Positions 40,701 to 54,152 are shown, counted from the stretch's first letter. The stretch is 64,000 nt of DNA from Catajapyx aquilonaris (GCA_000934665.2 KZ537959.1:62001-126000), one strand, 5' to 3'. The notes: generated by a model from the sequence alone, not told the origin. A program made the numbers and translations.

Positions 40701-43700
40701 ATCCAACATACTGTACTATATCCACACATATGCGCTTGGCGTAGAGAGAATAAAGTTACGGTGATCTTGCGCAGACTTTTTTTTGACGAAGCGAGAGAAT
40801 CTATCCTGCTTGAATCGAGTTAGAATCAAGAAAGGGAAGCATTATGCAGAGTGGCATCTGTACGTTCATGCAATCTCCCTACTGCATCAAACTCGAATGA
40901 CACAGACATGGTGTAGTTGCGTCGTGGGAGAGATGAGACATCAGGTTTGCGTGCGGGAAAGGTGCTCTGCGGTAACCAGAATTTTTTGCCTTCGCTGTAA
41001 CACACGGGTCCACTGAAATTTAATCAAACATGCCTCCCTGGGTTCTGGAATCTTGAAAAGTAAGAAATGACAGGCGCGGACGTTATCACATGGCCATGAC
41101 CTGCCTCTTGACATCTCCGTGGCACTTATACGCATGTACTGGAATGAAAGCCTGGCTGTGATGGAAAGGAAAGGCCGGGTGTTAAGCTCGACTTGACGCA
41201 TGCTTGAAGTTGGTATCGAATAAGCACTTGAAGGTGCGCCTTTCACAAGCAAGTTGGAGAGATGTAAGCTGCGTGTAGATGGGGAGAGAAAATATAGGCA
41301 TCCGTGTCGGGCAGGCAGCGTTGGGCAGCCTAGGAGATGGGCGAAGGTCTTAGGGAAGACGTGTTTAGCCTCCGTGAACCTGGTGGCACACTCACAATCA
41401 TGCAGTGCTGGGTTCACGTATTGATCCTGGTCGTTCTCCTGCTCCGCAGCCAGAATGGACGAGTCAGGAGAGGGAATGGCTCTTTTTATAAGAGGCAAGT
41501 AGCACTGTGAACTGGGAATAGCCAGCCTTTGCTCTCTCTCTTTCTCTCTCTCTCCATCAGACTTTACTCGGTGCCAGAGCCGCCTCGCCTCTGCTAACCC
41601 ATCAATTGCACCAGCCACGACCCCCACTCCTATATGTATTCTGCCAGGCCGCTAACGGGCTCACTCTCGTCCCAGTATTTTTCCCCTGCCCATTTATTCC
41701 TACAATGGGAATTGTTTTCTCACCTATAGCACAGCGAGTACAGTGGAATCTACATGGTTGCAGAGGGAAGGACTCTACTTCAGAATAGGTCGTGTGACTG
41801 GTGTCACTCTGCAAAAGTGAGACATTGTTATCCGGCTTGTGTACCACACCATGTACGAAAAGGGACGGATCATGCTGAAGGGACAGTTCCAAATAAATTT
41901 TTATACCCGCGAGTTATTGCTCATTATATGAATTATGGCCTGGTGTGGTCTCCCTGTCACATAATACTAAGGGAAAACAATAGTCATTAGCTAATTCTTT
42001 TGAAGGTGAATGTTATTATGCAATATGTAGAATATCACAGAAACGACACTAGTATTACGTTGGTGCTGACTTTTTTTTTGTTCATTTTTTTTTTTGCACA
42101 AGCACGCAATCTCTGCCTGAAGTTATACTGCAGACCTGAATAATTTTGTGGTTGCTAAGTTCTATTGATATTGCGAATTGCGTGGACTTCAAGCCATTGT
42201 ACAGTGCATTTTTGTTGTAGGCCTATTTATTCCGTTAACCGGCCGTGACAATTCCGCAACTACATATTAAGCTATAGGCTATGCATTTAGGCCATGATCC
42301 AGGGATTATGTTGTCGATGCCAGCATCGCCAGCTTGTGAAGTGGACGAAGTGAATAAAATGTGGCTATAATTGCGGGGCAATCTAAATTCCCGGCAATTT
42401 TTCTGCAATTAACAAGTACTTCATAGTTCGTGCCTATTTTGCGTGGGCACCGGGACGCAGGCCACAAGCCAGTTGATTCTGGGACAATAAAAAAACACAT
42501 TGCCATTGTGACAGCCCTTTAATGATCTCCCCGTGCAGCAGTGCCGATTATTCTCACCTAAATCCGCTTTTTTTAAAAAAAAGGTTACTACCGCGCATTT
42601 CCGCGGATGAAGCTAATATGGCAACATCCAAGAAGCCAAGCAATTCCCTCCCTGCTTCCTTAAGAAATAAAGAAGGCGGCAATTCTCCTTTTCTTCTGCA
42701 TTGCCATTCCGCATGTCAACTGGGACCGTTTCTTTTAATGTGCAGCCCGCGGAGAAGGAGCTTACAAAGGTCTCAAGTGCTGAAAGGTGCTGCTGTTACA
42801 GTTTCCCTGGTTTATTATGCATTTTTCGCACCCCTGCATCTCGCGTTGTTGCCAGTGCGAGATCCGCTCCACCATTTCGAACGGATGCTGTATACTTTTC
42901 CATGCACGTCGGCAGCCGTATTGCAGGGTTATTGAATGTTGTAGTGATATGAGCAATAACGGTGAAAGGGCCAACCTAGGTAGGCTGCAAGCATTCCGGA
43001 AGCGTATCCCAGCGCTTATTCTGGCTTGCTGCCGACGGCAAGAAGTCAGTACACCTTTGGGAGCCTTCATTCTAAGCGTTGCAGGCAGGCATTTGCCAGG
43101 CCAGATTTAGCCCTCGGGATTCGCCGCTAATTCACGCCGCTACTTTCTCGCACGAGGATGTATTAGAGCGCACGCTACTATGGCCAATATTTTTTTGGGG
43201 AGGGAGGGAAAGGGGGGAGGACTAAGCCTAGGTGTTGATTTATCTGCAGCAGTGTCCATGTTTGTTGTGGCCAGTGCTATATCGTGGCTATGACTTGTTG
43301 GAGCAACACGGTGCCATTATTAGTCGCCCCTCCCTCCCACAAACCCTTCTTCGTAAAGACTAGGCATCCGAAAATTTATTAGTACCTGTGACAGGCATTG
43401 TTGCGGCCACAAAAGGTGGAGGGAATAAACAAGGTATTAGGGCGTTGTAAAATATGCGGAAGGTGCAAGATGGATAGGGCCGCTTGATTGGTGCTTGTTG
43501 TAGACAGGCATTAATTATTGGGGCCCTTAATTAATCCGCTGCCGATTAATTATTCCTGCGAGCGGTTTCGGTGCCAAGCGTCCCAACCTCATCATTCTTA
43601 ACTGCTTGCGGAAGAGGAAAGTGCAACGAAGGAAGACAGTCTAGGAGCCGGTTGAGAAAAATTAAACGGCGATGGAGTTACAGAAGGAGAACTGGCTGCA

Positions 43701-46700
43701 TTGCTACTGCAGCCAGTTCTATGCTCGCTGGACTACTTTTCTCGGGCCATTTCTTGGGATTGCATTTCTTCCGTGCTCGTTCTTGCACAGAAAGAGAATC
43801 AGGCTGGCCCTGGCTTGCACCCGTGATGCGGGGGCTATTTATGAGATATTTGCTCAATCAGGAATTTCCATTGTCTATACGTTCTGTACCTGATGATTAA
43901 AGGCACTTTTGTGCTGAAATATGGTGCAATGTGCTGGGGGATATAACAGCAAGAGGGGTATGCGCCAGTATTGGAGGAGCTGAAAGCTCTGGATGATGAT
44001 CATATCTGAGAGGCCCCAGCCAACACACCGCAAATGAAGATGAATCACTTGCTGTTTGCGGTGTAGATATAGATCCGATTAGAAGTGATCCCTGCTGCAC
44101 TTGACGGGCTTGCTTTTCAAGCTTTGCTGGCTGTGGCTCTTTTGGGGCGAGGAGAGGCTTTTCTCCCCGAATCGGATTCCGTACGTTGCAGTATGACGCA
44201 AGGTGGCAGCTGAACTTCTATTATGCTGATAGCTCAGTGGCTTAAAATTTTTGGGCTGAAATTTTCATTTCAAATAGTATACGCCAACTAGGCATGTTAC
44301 TACATGTGAGTGCATATTCACATACACATGGGTAGCCTCATCTTGGGTGCAGTCAATTACCTCCATCCATCCATCCACCCACCCAGCCAGCAGGCAGCCC
44401 ATCCCGGCCACTTGATACGGACAAGCATCATCGAGCTTACTTCCGCGCCATTCACACGTTTGTGTGCCAGGCTTTTCAAATGGACCCGACGTCCTCCAGG
44501 CCTCTAGCCTGCCTGCATGTCCCCCCTTCTTTTCAGCCATCCAGCTTTGCTTTGCCACCGGATGACCATCAAAGGCCTGAGTTGACTCACAGCCAGCGGA
44601 CAGAACGACAAGAAATGAAAATAAATATGACCAGTGCAGCAGCACGCGGCACTCAGTCGCTAGCTGTGTAAGTAGCAGCGTGTGCTGACCTACTAGGAGC
44701 GTATTGGCGGGTTTGTGGGTTGAAAGGTTGGGGCGTGGCTAGCTCATAAAATAGCAGGCACCGAAATAGACGGGGGGTGGTGGTGTCTGGCCGCCATAAT
44801 TATGATCCGATAGGAGTTACCAGGCCGGGAGCCTGATAAAGGGACGTAACGACTTGTGGTTATCAGGCACCGTTCCGCCTGAGATTGCTGCTGCCTAGGA
44901 GCCTCAGCCGCTTTTATCTGGCCAGAGGAAGAAGTCGGTTAGCATGCCCTCGGATTGTTACTCTTCTTCCTGCGTGACTCGACCTACCACCTCTCCATTG
45001 TTCCCACTATCTTTCATTTTCCTTCTCTTTCTTTAGACGACCTGGTAATTTCTTACATCCACCCTCAAGTTCCAAACTCTGGCGGTAGCTGACACTTTAG
45101 GGGAGAACTGTCTTTGCTGCTTTAGAACCGGTATAATTCCGACATGTAACACATTCGAAGTTTATTTGTTGGTAGTAGGCTATACCCGAATTTTTTGTGT
45201 ATGGGAGGCAAGCTTAATTTTAATGAATTAATATGGACATACAAACAACGTAGACTAAACTAAATTCATACCTTGGATAATTTCATTGGCTATTGTAAGG
45301 TATAAGAGTCGAGACTTGAGTGATCGGGTCTGCATTAATAACTGCAAAATATGGGGGAGAATTCACAAAGCGCGTTTAAATATTTTCTTTAGTCTGGCCA
45401 TAAAAATGGGCATATCAGCATAATGTTGAATCCTCATCAGGGACGTTATTGTTTCAACGCGAACGCAGTTGGAGAGAGAGTATATGGGATAACCGTGATT
45501 CGAGGCTGAGGGTGGTAATAATTTGATGAACGCGTTGATGTTAGATTATGCTGACGCTTTGACGAGCCACGTACATTTTAATCGTGCGGAGGCTGACATT
45601 GTCATCATGCTATGTTTTGATTGGGGGTCGTTTTGAAGCACACTCCAATGTGTTTGATAGGGGACGGTGAAGCCATGGTGATGGTTGGCTGTGCAGCCGT
45701 CCTGCCCTGTAATTTCAGGCCAGCAGGACTACCGCCCTGATTACCTAATGCACTTTACGGGTAGTTTCTGTACTTTTTTGCTTGCTGGCCCAGGTCCCAG
45801 TTCTCTTTTTTTTCGGATGGAAGTGGACCGACTAATACTGGCTGACTTATTGCAGGGAAGCGGAGCCGTTCTCACACTTCTTCATTGTCAGCGTAATCGC
45901 CTCATTAAAACGGGATAATTGCAGAGAGAGACTTGGGGGCAGACCAGTAGAACACACGCGATGCTTTGCCAGAGAAGGGTAGCCCTTCATGAATTGCATT
46001 GTTGCGCATTTTTTTGCGAACGTTTCAATCGTTAAAAAATTAACGGTTGCACTCTTTTGAAAGTGTCGCTGGGCAATTCAGAGCCGAAGAGTAATCTGTG
46101 AAATATGTGTGCGATACAGCGGAGGAAGCAAGCTTAGCACGTGTACAGCATGCAAAGTAGGCCTTTGTGCTGGCCCCGCTGCTGGCTAACGTAAATGGAT
46201 CGGGTCTAATACGACAGAGATTAAACATGCGGCGTGATTTTTGCATGCACTCATATTCTGCATATTTCGCGGTCTTTGCTCATCGCTTCCGAACATGCGA
46301 CTTGGCGCTTAGGCGTCTATCACCGTACCCATCCCACCCGGATCGGCTGCAAACTCGTTTACCAAGTTCTGCCGTAATGATTGCTCTCCGGAATTACTGA
46401 CTTGTATCGATAATGGCGCTCCCGAATTAGCCGGGGCAGAAACAGAATGCAGAGTATGAATCTTGTTACGGTTGTTTGACGCGTACAGAATGGGATTGGA
46501 ATTATTCATTACAGAGAGTAGGGTGGAAACTCGATATCGGACTGGATATGAAAAGTTGTTAGCTCTCAAAATCGGGGAATTCCCCCGCTAAGACTGATCC
46601 ATCAGCGACGGGCGATGGTAGAGGGAGAGTCCACATGTGTGTTGGGATGGAGGTGTGCAAGCGAGTGGCACACACCTTGTCAGGGAGTATACCGATGCGC

Positions 46701-48445
46701 ACCTCGCATAAAGTCGTGCAGCAGCTGCCTCGCCTAGCGCAGGACATAAATCCCGGGGGACTTGTTATTGTGGCCGTGCTTTGGTGGCCAAGTTTGAATG
46801 CAGGCCGCACGGCAGGCTGGTTGGATGGCTGCACAGACCGGAGCCATGTAGGCAGGCAAGTCCTCCTGCTGATCCGGGGCTGAAATATGAGCGGGACCTG
46901 GCGCACAAGCCGAGCCAGCCCCGCCGTGTAATTTGGTGGCCTGGCCATTAACCCCGCACACGAAGAGAAGCAGAGCGCCACGGGAGGTGCCATCATTGCA
47001 ACTCCGGGAGACCCAACCTTACTCACCTGCTGACGACCGCATGTGCTCTTGCGGTTCCAAGGCTTTTCTTTAGGCCCGGGACAACATACTCGCAGTGGAC
47101 GGGCGGGGTGTCCGGCTACTGCGGAATGCATAAATAGTGGGTCGGCAAATTGGCATCGATCCCTGGTGCCCGGCTGGCTTAATTGCCCCAGCACTTGGGG
47201 CAGGAAGGCGTGGTCAGTCCACTCGCATTAATTGCTGGCTTGATTCCAGCCGGGGCTCTAATAGCCCGGCAGGCCCAGCTCCTTGCGAAATTCGGAGGAG
47301 GAAGCAGGGGTGACCTATGCCTGCGCACTGCCTCCCATCTTTCATTCAGACTTCCTTCCTTCCTCGCCTCGGGACTAATAGTTGGGATTGCTAATGGCTT
47401 CTGTGCCCCAGGAATTTGGGACTGTGAGTCCGGCCCACCCACCGGCTAGCATTTGTTTGCTCCAGATTTGTACCGTGCACAAGTCCCGCGGGGATCGATC
47501 AGAACGTGGCAGGCAGGAGGGGGGCATTGATTCACAATGGCTGGGTGACGACTAGATTCATCCATCTGTACAGTTTTAGGCGTCAAAATGGATATGTGCA
47601 TGCGGTTTGTCAACACCCGTCGCGTTGCTGGGATAACCTGGTTTGACGTTTTAGGATGAAATCTTCATGCTGCGTGAGTGATGGCAGAAAAGTGATGTTG
47701 CATTTTACGAGGGTTAAGAAGAGTTTCGGCGAACCTACTGGTCGCATAATACGTATACACTATTATTTTCAGGGAGTGTTACAGGGTTCTTACCAAGTTG
47801 TGGATTGCTTAGCCCAGCAACCATTTTAAGGAAGATCATCCCGTTGCATTGAATTGCATGGAAAGAAGATATTGTCTGCCTTTAGCTTGGATGCAGGGGG
47901 TATAAACTATCCTGATCTGTACATGGGGCTGGAATGCGACAGGATCGAGTAACCCATGGCCTTTACCTCGCCCGATTATTATTGGAGATGTCAACTTAAG
48001 CAGTGTTCCACCTTCCACCATGTACTGTACACCAAGGACGTTGTCATACTACTAATTTGTCGGTTAGGCCTGAACTCTGTCGCTCTTTGATGTGAGATGT
48101 GACCCACTTAAAATGTATTACTGCAGGCTGCACACAAAAATTATTTACAAATTGTAAAACATATTGGCCATGTAATAATATTGTGCTTTCAAAGACAAGT
48201 TTGCAAACCCTTGAAGTCAATTTTGCGTGAAAGCACTTCACAGAACAGTGAGAGGAAGTAGGCCTAAACGCTTATTCTTAAGTCAGTGATTAAATACGGG
48301 GGAAATTGCCCGGCACGTACGATAATGGAGCTGGTGAACATCAACGGTAACGGTGGTGCTTTGTCGGAAAATCTAGATTAAAGCTGCTAATAACAATATT
48401 AAAGTGAAGGACATGGCAGTCACTTCTTCAGAGTGCATGACTATA

Positions 48446-48870
48446 CAGGGTGTATCTGAACTCAGTGCCCCGACGTATATGACTGCCTTCCTAGCCACCA
48501 GAGGATCGATTTAAGTATAGGAATCATTATGTTTGGCCGCCGCATTACGGAGATACACTCTTTAGCGATTTTTGCCTAATCGCTCCTTTTGACTTTTAAA
48601 TAGAATTTTCTGGTGTAACTAGCCAAAGAGGCCTTACCACCTGTGGGCAACAAACCAGCAAAGTCCCGCCCCCAGACCTTCCAGAGCCTTCTGACTGGGG
48701 GAGGGTTCGATGGGTGGCCTAACCGACAGGATATTTTTGTACTACATGTTTGCGGCCAATTATCTCCGTAATGCGGCGGCCAAACATAATGATTCCTATA
48801 CTTAAATCGATCCTCTGGTGGCTAGGAAGGCAGTCATATACGTCGGGGCACTGAGTTCAGATACACCCTG
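48446..48870. mobile_element. Young Tc1/mariner-type MITE, 425 bp, with perfect 110-bp TIRs
   Basis: TA|CAGGGTGTATCTG...CAGATACACCCTG|TA. Segment 48446-48555 is the exact reverse complement of 48761-48870 (checked base by base). No coding capacity. Confidence 0.95.
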
Positions 48871-48958
48871 TATATCAGCGACACTGTATTTTGTGGTAGA
48901 CATTGTGCATACGTGTAAAGATAAACTGTAATGATCAGAACCAGGAACGCAAAGTATT

Positions 48959-49046
48959 AAACAGAGATGTTACATCTGATGTATAGATCCTTTCACATGG
49001 TATACCATGTGAAAGGATCTATACATCAGATGTAACATCTCTGTTT
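48959..49046. repeat. Perfect 88-bp palindrome with no spacer
   Basis: aaacagagatgttacatctgatgtatagatcctttcacatggta followed directly by its reverse complement; centre between 49002 and 49003. Confidence 0.97.
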
Positions 49047-52000
49047 TGTAGACCCGTAATGCCAGTTCACTGTCCGGGGCGCATTCTGTTACTTTAATTC
49101 TTTGATGTTACTTATTTAAATGACAAAATATTGTTATTTGATGATTGAGATACCTGGCATATCGATTCGATGCTAAGTGATGGTTATTAACAATGGTTGA
49201 CATGGCATTCACCCTGATATTGCGAGAAAATATTCAATGCGAAGTCATCTCGACTCATCCTGAGTATATGACGAAATCAATTCTTCACAGTTTAATTGCA
49301 GAGAAACTTAGTCTTATGCTACCTGCACCTCTTACGTGGGTATACATTATAGTAATTTTTGTGACAAAGTGGCCTTTTAGTGATAGTGGTTATATGTGTT
49401 AATGTTCTGACGAATTCTTAGGGTCGCTTATTGTTTACTAACACATAAAAAATGTAATGAACTTAATGATTGCCATAATATGTTATTTGCCCATTGTAGC
49501 ACTTCATTAACCTTACACTATCCTCAAGTTCACTCAGGTTAATTTGTGTGAAGAATGCGTTACTCAAAAATTAGATTATCATATACCAACGCGCAACGCC
49601 ACATAAAGAGAAATGACAACGATTGCAGAGTTATAGCGCCTTCTATGGACACTAGAAGGTGAAAAATTACAAGTTTTAGCTCGTTCTGACTTTTAAACCT
49701 CAGTTCAGGAAATGTTGTTTTGCAAGGGTAGCTTTCACTGTTCTAGTAGACGCTAAAAATCCCAGTCCTACAGATCCCTAGTATAGGTGAAAATTGCATT
49801 AGTTTCATGCCATTGATTATGGCGGGAATTTATATTTGCAGGGCGCGGAAATTTCAAATCCAAATTAGCTGTGTATTTATAGAAATTACAGGTGTGATGG
49901 TGGTAACGACACGCCCTCTCGCTGAAGTACTAGAGCAGCAGTAATGATTTACAGTATAATAGGTCCAAGGTTGCTTGAGCAGATTTTAAGAAGCGGCTGG
50001 AGTTGGGACGTTACTCATCCTGTCGTGTCTGCAACCTTTGTGCCTCTTGCGCTGCACATTGGCCTAAACGGAAGGGGCTCTTTCAACTGCTTGGATTTGC
50101 TGCATGCAGACTTTACTTCCCTGCGTTATGACCATGTAATCTCGCTTATATCTATATATTTATGATAGTTGATATTGTAATTAGGAACGTCCGGTGTTGG
50201 TGCACTGTCATTGTGCAAGTAATGCATGGGCGGGCGATATTTTCGACCACAAATGTCCGCATGGTCGTTGTGGCGGATTAACTGTAATTATTGTGAGCAC
50301 ATATTCCAACCAACCTTCTCGTGCTATAGTGATATACGAGCGATTATTAGCAAGCCCGCGTGTTAACTCGATTACCAGGCAATATTCTATAGATTATAAT
50401 AGGCCCAGAATTTCCGCTGCACTATCCGAGCGCATTGCGCTGTTTCCTTTATTTTCGACATTGCGTGCTCGTAAATAGCGCACCTGCCTACATAGAAGAG
50501 ATATTGTATGGGAACCGTGTACTACCGGCGTAACTAGTCGTGCTCTCAGAATTTCCGGAACATGATCCAATGTTGCCCGCCCCCATGTTTTATGGCGCAT
50601 TAAATGAAAAGAGCAGTACATAGAGTGTTCCATGTAATAGCAAACTGCAAGGCAGTGAAATGAGTAGTAGGGCCGCGGAAGTGCTTAGCTGGTAGGAATC
50701 TTTCTCTCGGGAGTGTACTGGCCACTTTTAATTTCCGCGATGTCGTTTCATTCTCGCAAGCAGTAAATCTACAGTTTAATTTTCCCCTCCGGTAACCGCA
50801 GCGCCGACTATATCCTCGGCAAAGCCGGCGCCTAGAAGCTTCTAGGGAACGTTATTTAATATCCTGTGATCCTTCTTCGCACCTTTGCGCACCTACCGCC
50901 TTTCGATTTTAAAGCCTTCGCTTGTTGCAGTTGCACCAGCCAGATGCACCAGCTCTCGGGACAATGGGAAATGGGGAGGTTTAAAAAAAAGATGCGGCGA
51001 CTGGCAAGTTCCCATATTACATTAGTGACCCGTTGGAAAATGGAGTTAGCTGCATAATTAATGTAGGCGTGAGGCTTTCAGTCTGCGTCGAGCTGAGCCT
51101 GGGCCGCAAGTTGTGTCCTGGCTGATGTTTGAGGGCGAACAGATGGTCCGGCGATGTGAGGGACAGTCGTTCTTCAGGGGCTGCGTGGTGTAGTACTCGA
51201 GTGTACAGGAGTTGCGGCGAAATGAGTCGGCTGAGCCAGCCGAGGAGAGAGGCTGTGGAAAAAGCTATACGGAGTCGGAATGAAAGGAATGAAGAGGTGA
51301 AATACGGTCTGAGGCGCCCGCCAGAATAGAACTTAGGCAGGCGTCTCGGACTAAGTAGTGATCACCTCCTTAAATTACTTGCGCCAGGCCATGCAGGCAC
51401 TAAAAGCAGGTTATCTCGCCATCCATAAATCTTGCCTCCCGGGGAACGGGAGAAGGGGTTACAACGAAGGAACTTCCAAGCACCCACTTTTGGGACATGC
51501 GGATTATTCGGGCGCAGATTGTCATCTACTGCATGTACTGCGCTGCACATGGACTGGAAGACAAGTTGGGGCAAGTAATTTTTATGAAACACTCCGACTG
51601 CATAAAATACGCATGTAGCCCAGGAGAGGACGAACAGAATGCAGATGTCACAGAATTAGATGGGAACAAGGGAGCGCCACCAAAAATAAGGGACGCGTTT
51701 TGTGGCACAATTGTACTGTACATTGCATACGTATAAAAGCTGGGTTTGTATGCCTGAATTGTAATGTATAATTAGGACATTTGTAGCTAGTTATTTTTAG
51801 GTCTATTATATCGCCCCAAATTTTCGCGATGACTTCGCTAGTAGAGTCTATGTATAAATAATACACTAGAGTGCATGTAAAGTCCAGATAGCCGGTGAGA
51901 AACATGCATTATTACAGTGTATGGACATCACCATTTCAGCTAACACAGACCATTTTATGTCTTCTCGACGTTATTACATGTGACGGCGAACCACCCAACC

Positions 52001-53472
52001 CATATAGCCACTGCGTTAAAGTTTCTTATTCGCTGTGATGCAGAAACCTAGCCCATGCATATTTATTCCCCGCTGGTTAGAATATACCTCTGTAAGCAGT
52101 ATCCTGGGAAGATGGGATATAAGGCTGCGGGTAGTAGAGTGGGCGGAAACTCCACATTCTCTTGAGATACACCTTGGTTTAGGGCATAGTTTTCTGGGAG
52201 CATTGCGGAATTTGTGCCAGGAAAGGGTGGGAAGCAGTGTGGTGGAGTGGGGTCTCCAAAAGACCGTTTTGTCTCTATTTAGTGGAAATGAGGCCGGGTT
52301 GCTGCTAGGGAAATCACCCAGGTTGTGCACTAGAGCTCGTATCCCACCCAGGCAGGCTGCACAGTAGGTAAGCCTTTAGCCGTCGTTGATGGCAATCCTG
52401 GCCAGCTACGCCCTACTGCCCACTCGACCCGGATTTATTGCGCCCTTGCTAAACGCTACGCTTGTGTTCCTCTACCCGGACAGGGCGCAAAGAATCATCA
52501 GTCACTGTCCGTGCACTTCTCACTCTTTTTTTCTGCCTCAACCTCATTTTGTCTTCCGTCTCTAATCTTTTACGCTGATGTTCATCACACGAGAGTGTCA
52601 AGGGCAGAAAAAAAAATCATCACTGCTGGTTGCGCAGTGAAGCGGTGTTACAGTTGGAGCATTAAAAAGCACGCGTGGTAACCCGTTCCTTCCATAATCA
52701 TGCATGGGTAGGTTGATGGAGAGGCGGGGGAGGAGGAGCACTAGTAATGAGTCTGGGCCGAGGCGTGATTGGGAAGGATTGGGATGGGAGTGAAATTTTC
52801 ATGGCCAGGAACAACACGTGCGGCCTTTCATGAGATGCAAACTAAGTGCCACTAAAAGGAGCTCGTGATATCCTCCCTGCGCTTCCCATACTCTCTCTCT
52901 CAGACATTCCGCTCTTAGCTAACCTTCCGCTTTCGGCTGGGGGATCACAGCACACACCAATGCCAGCACCGAGGGCATTTTTTTTACATTAGTGGACGAC
53001 TGCTCGACTTGTTTTTCTTCCTTTATTTGTTTGCGGGAAAGCTGCTGCTTAGGGAAAATGCTGGTACTGTAATGCCACCAACATTGTAGTGTGTAGGAGT
53101 GAAATAGTGTCTAGGTTGTTGAAGTGGGTGGAAATGGGGGATACAGTATGTGTGGGCGACAAATATCCGGATTATTGAAAGAAAATAATGCTTATTTTGG
53201 GCAGAAGGGAAAAGTGTTTTTCAGCGAAGGGAGGCTTTTGGCCTCAAGCCACTTCATCATCAGCATATTCATGTATTGTGACGGTCGCTATAAATATTGC
53301 ACATTCGGGTATATGTGGCATGGAATTTCCATAATTTTTTGCATTTGGAATAAAGGCCCGAGCTAAGAATGCCATTCATGTCAACCATACTCTTTTTCAT
53401 ATAAATAGAAAAGCGGTATTCTATTTGAGATACCGCCTCCTGGAATCGATGCCTTAACCTCTGCAAATACAT

Positions 53473-53637
53473 ACAACAACAACAACAACAACAACAACAA
53501 CATCACGACATTTCCCTATGAGGGGTAGTCAGCGATGAAGGGAGACGCAAGCTAACCCAACATATGAACTAATAAAACTCATGAGAATAAACCTAAAAAA
53601 CAACCTGTCCCACCCCTCACCCCTGCCCACCTCAGAC
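53473..53637 (-). mobile_element. Short (GTT)n-tailed retroposon-like element, copy 1
   Basis: Reverse complement of 60787-60950; 63 nt next to the tail are identical; tail appears as (CAA)n on the + strand. Confidence 0.8.
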
Positions 53638-53663
53638 ATCACATACGTATACATACGTATAGT

Positions 53664-53665
<2 letters not shown>

Positions 53666-53711
<46 letters not shown>

Positions 53712-53712
53712 T
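53666..53712. repeat. (TATT)n microsatellite, preceded by tandem acatacgtat x2 (53641-53660)
   Basis: Direct read. Confidence 0.9.
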
Positions 53713-54087
53713 GTCATTGTCAGTTCATTCGTACGTACATGCATTTACATACCGTGCACATCGAATTACTCACGTTAGTGACGGCATGTAATATGTATCG
53801 ATTCCCAACTCCTGCTAGTTGTTATTCAAGCTATATGCATTGTGTCGGGTTTCTCACTAATAAACCCATCACGAGCAGTGCCTTTCAATCGGATATTTTT
53901 CTGCTGGCTTTTCAGTGGAGAACTGTATGCGTCAAGTGGAATAGGAATTTATTGCCAGCAAAAAAAACAAAAAAAGCCGCATTATGCAGAGGGCTGCCGC
54001 AGCGATGGGTCATACACTGTTGAAGTGCGAAACATTACTCACATTCTTTTTTAATTGTATGATGCTCACAGTTTGCTCTTCATTCCA

Positions 54088-54152
54088 CTAATTCATGTAC
54101 TTTTGTCCTTACAGGTGAGTGATCCACTGTTGCGCGTACGTGAAAGGTAGGC
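54088..54152 (+). promoter_or_regulatory. Candidate recursive splice site (AG|GT ratchet point) with a cryptic 32-nt RS-exon
   Basis: CTAAT branch motif at 54088-54092, AG-free pyrimidine-rich tract ttcatgtacttttgtcctta, CAG ending at 54114, then consensus donor GTGAGT at 54115-54120. A second donor AAG|GTAGGC lies at 54146/54147. Same strand as mib1. Confidence 0.65.

Noticed and set aside
40941..41627. Longest ORFs in the track (228 aa here; 211 aa at 46559-47194)
   Set aside because: No recognisable domain, low-complexity content and no supporting gene structure; long chance ORFs are expected in GC-rich DNA.
47021..47030. Consensus donor CAG|GTGAGT on the minus strand
   Set aside because: No pyrimidine tract before it and no identifiable exon; an isolated donor-like 9-mer can occur by chance.
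51791..51800. MEF2-like TTATTTTTAG (also at 12534-12543) as muscle enhancer sites
   Set aside because: Several matches are expected by chance in 64 kb, and these are not clustered with other muscle motifs.
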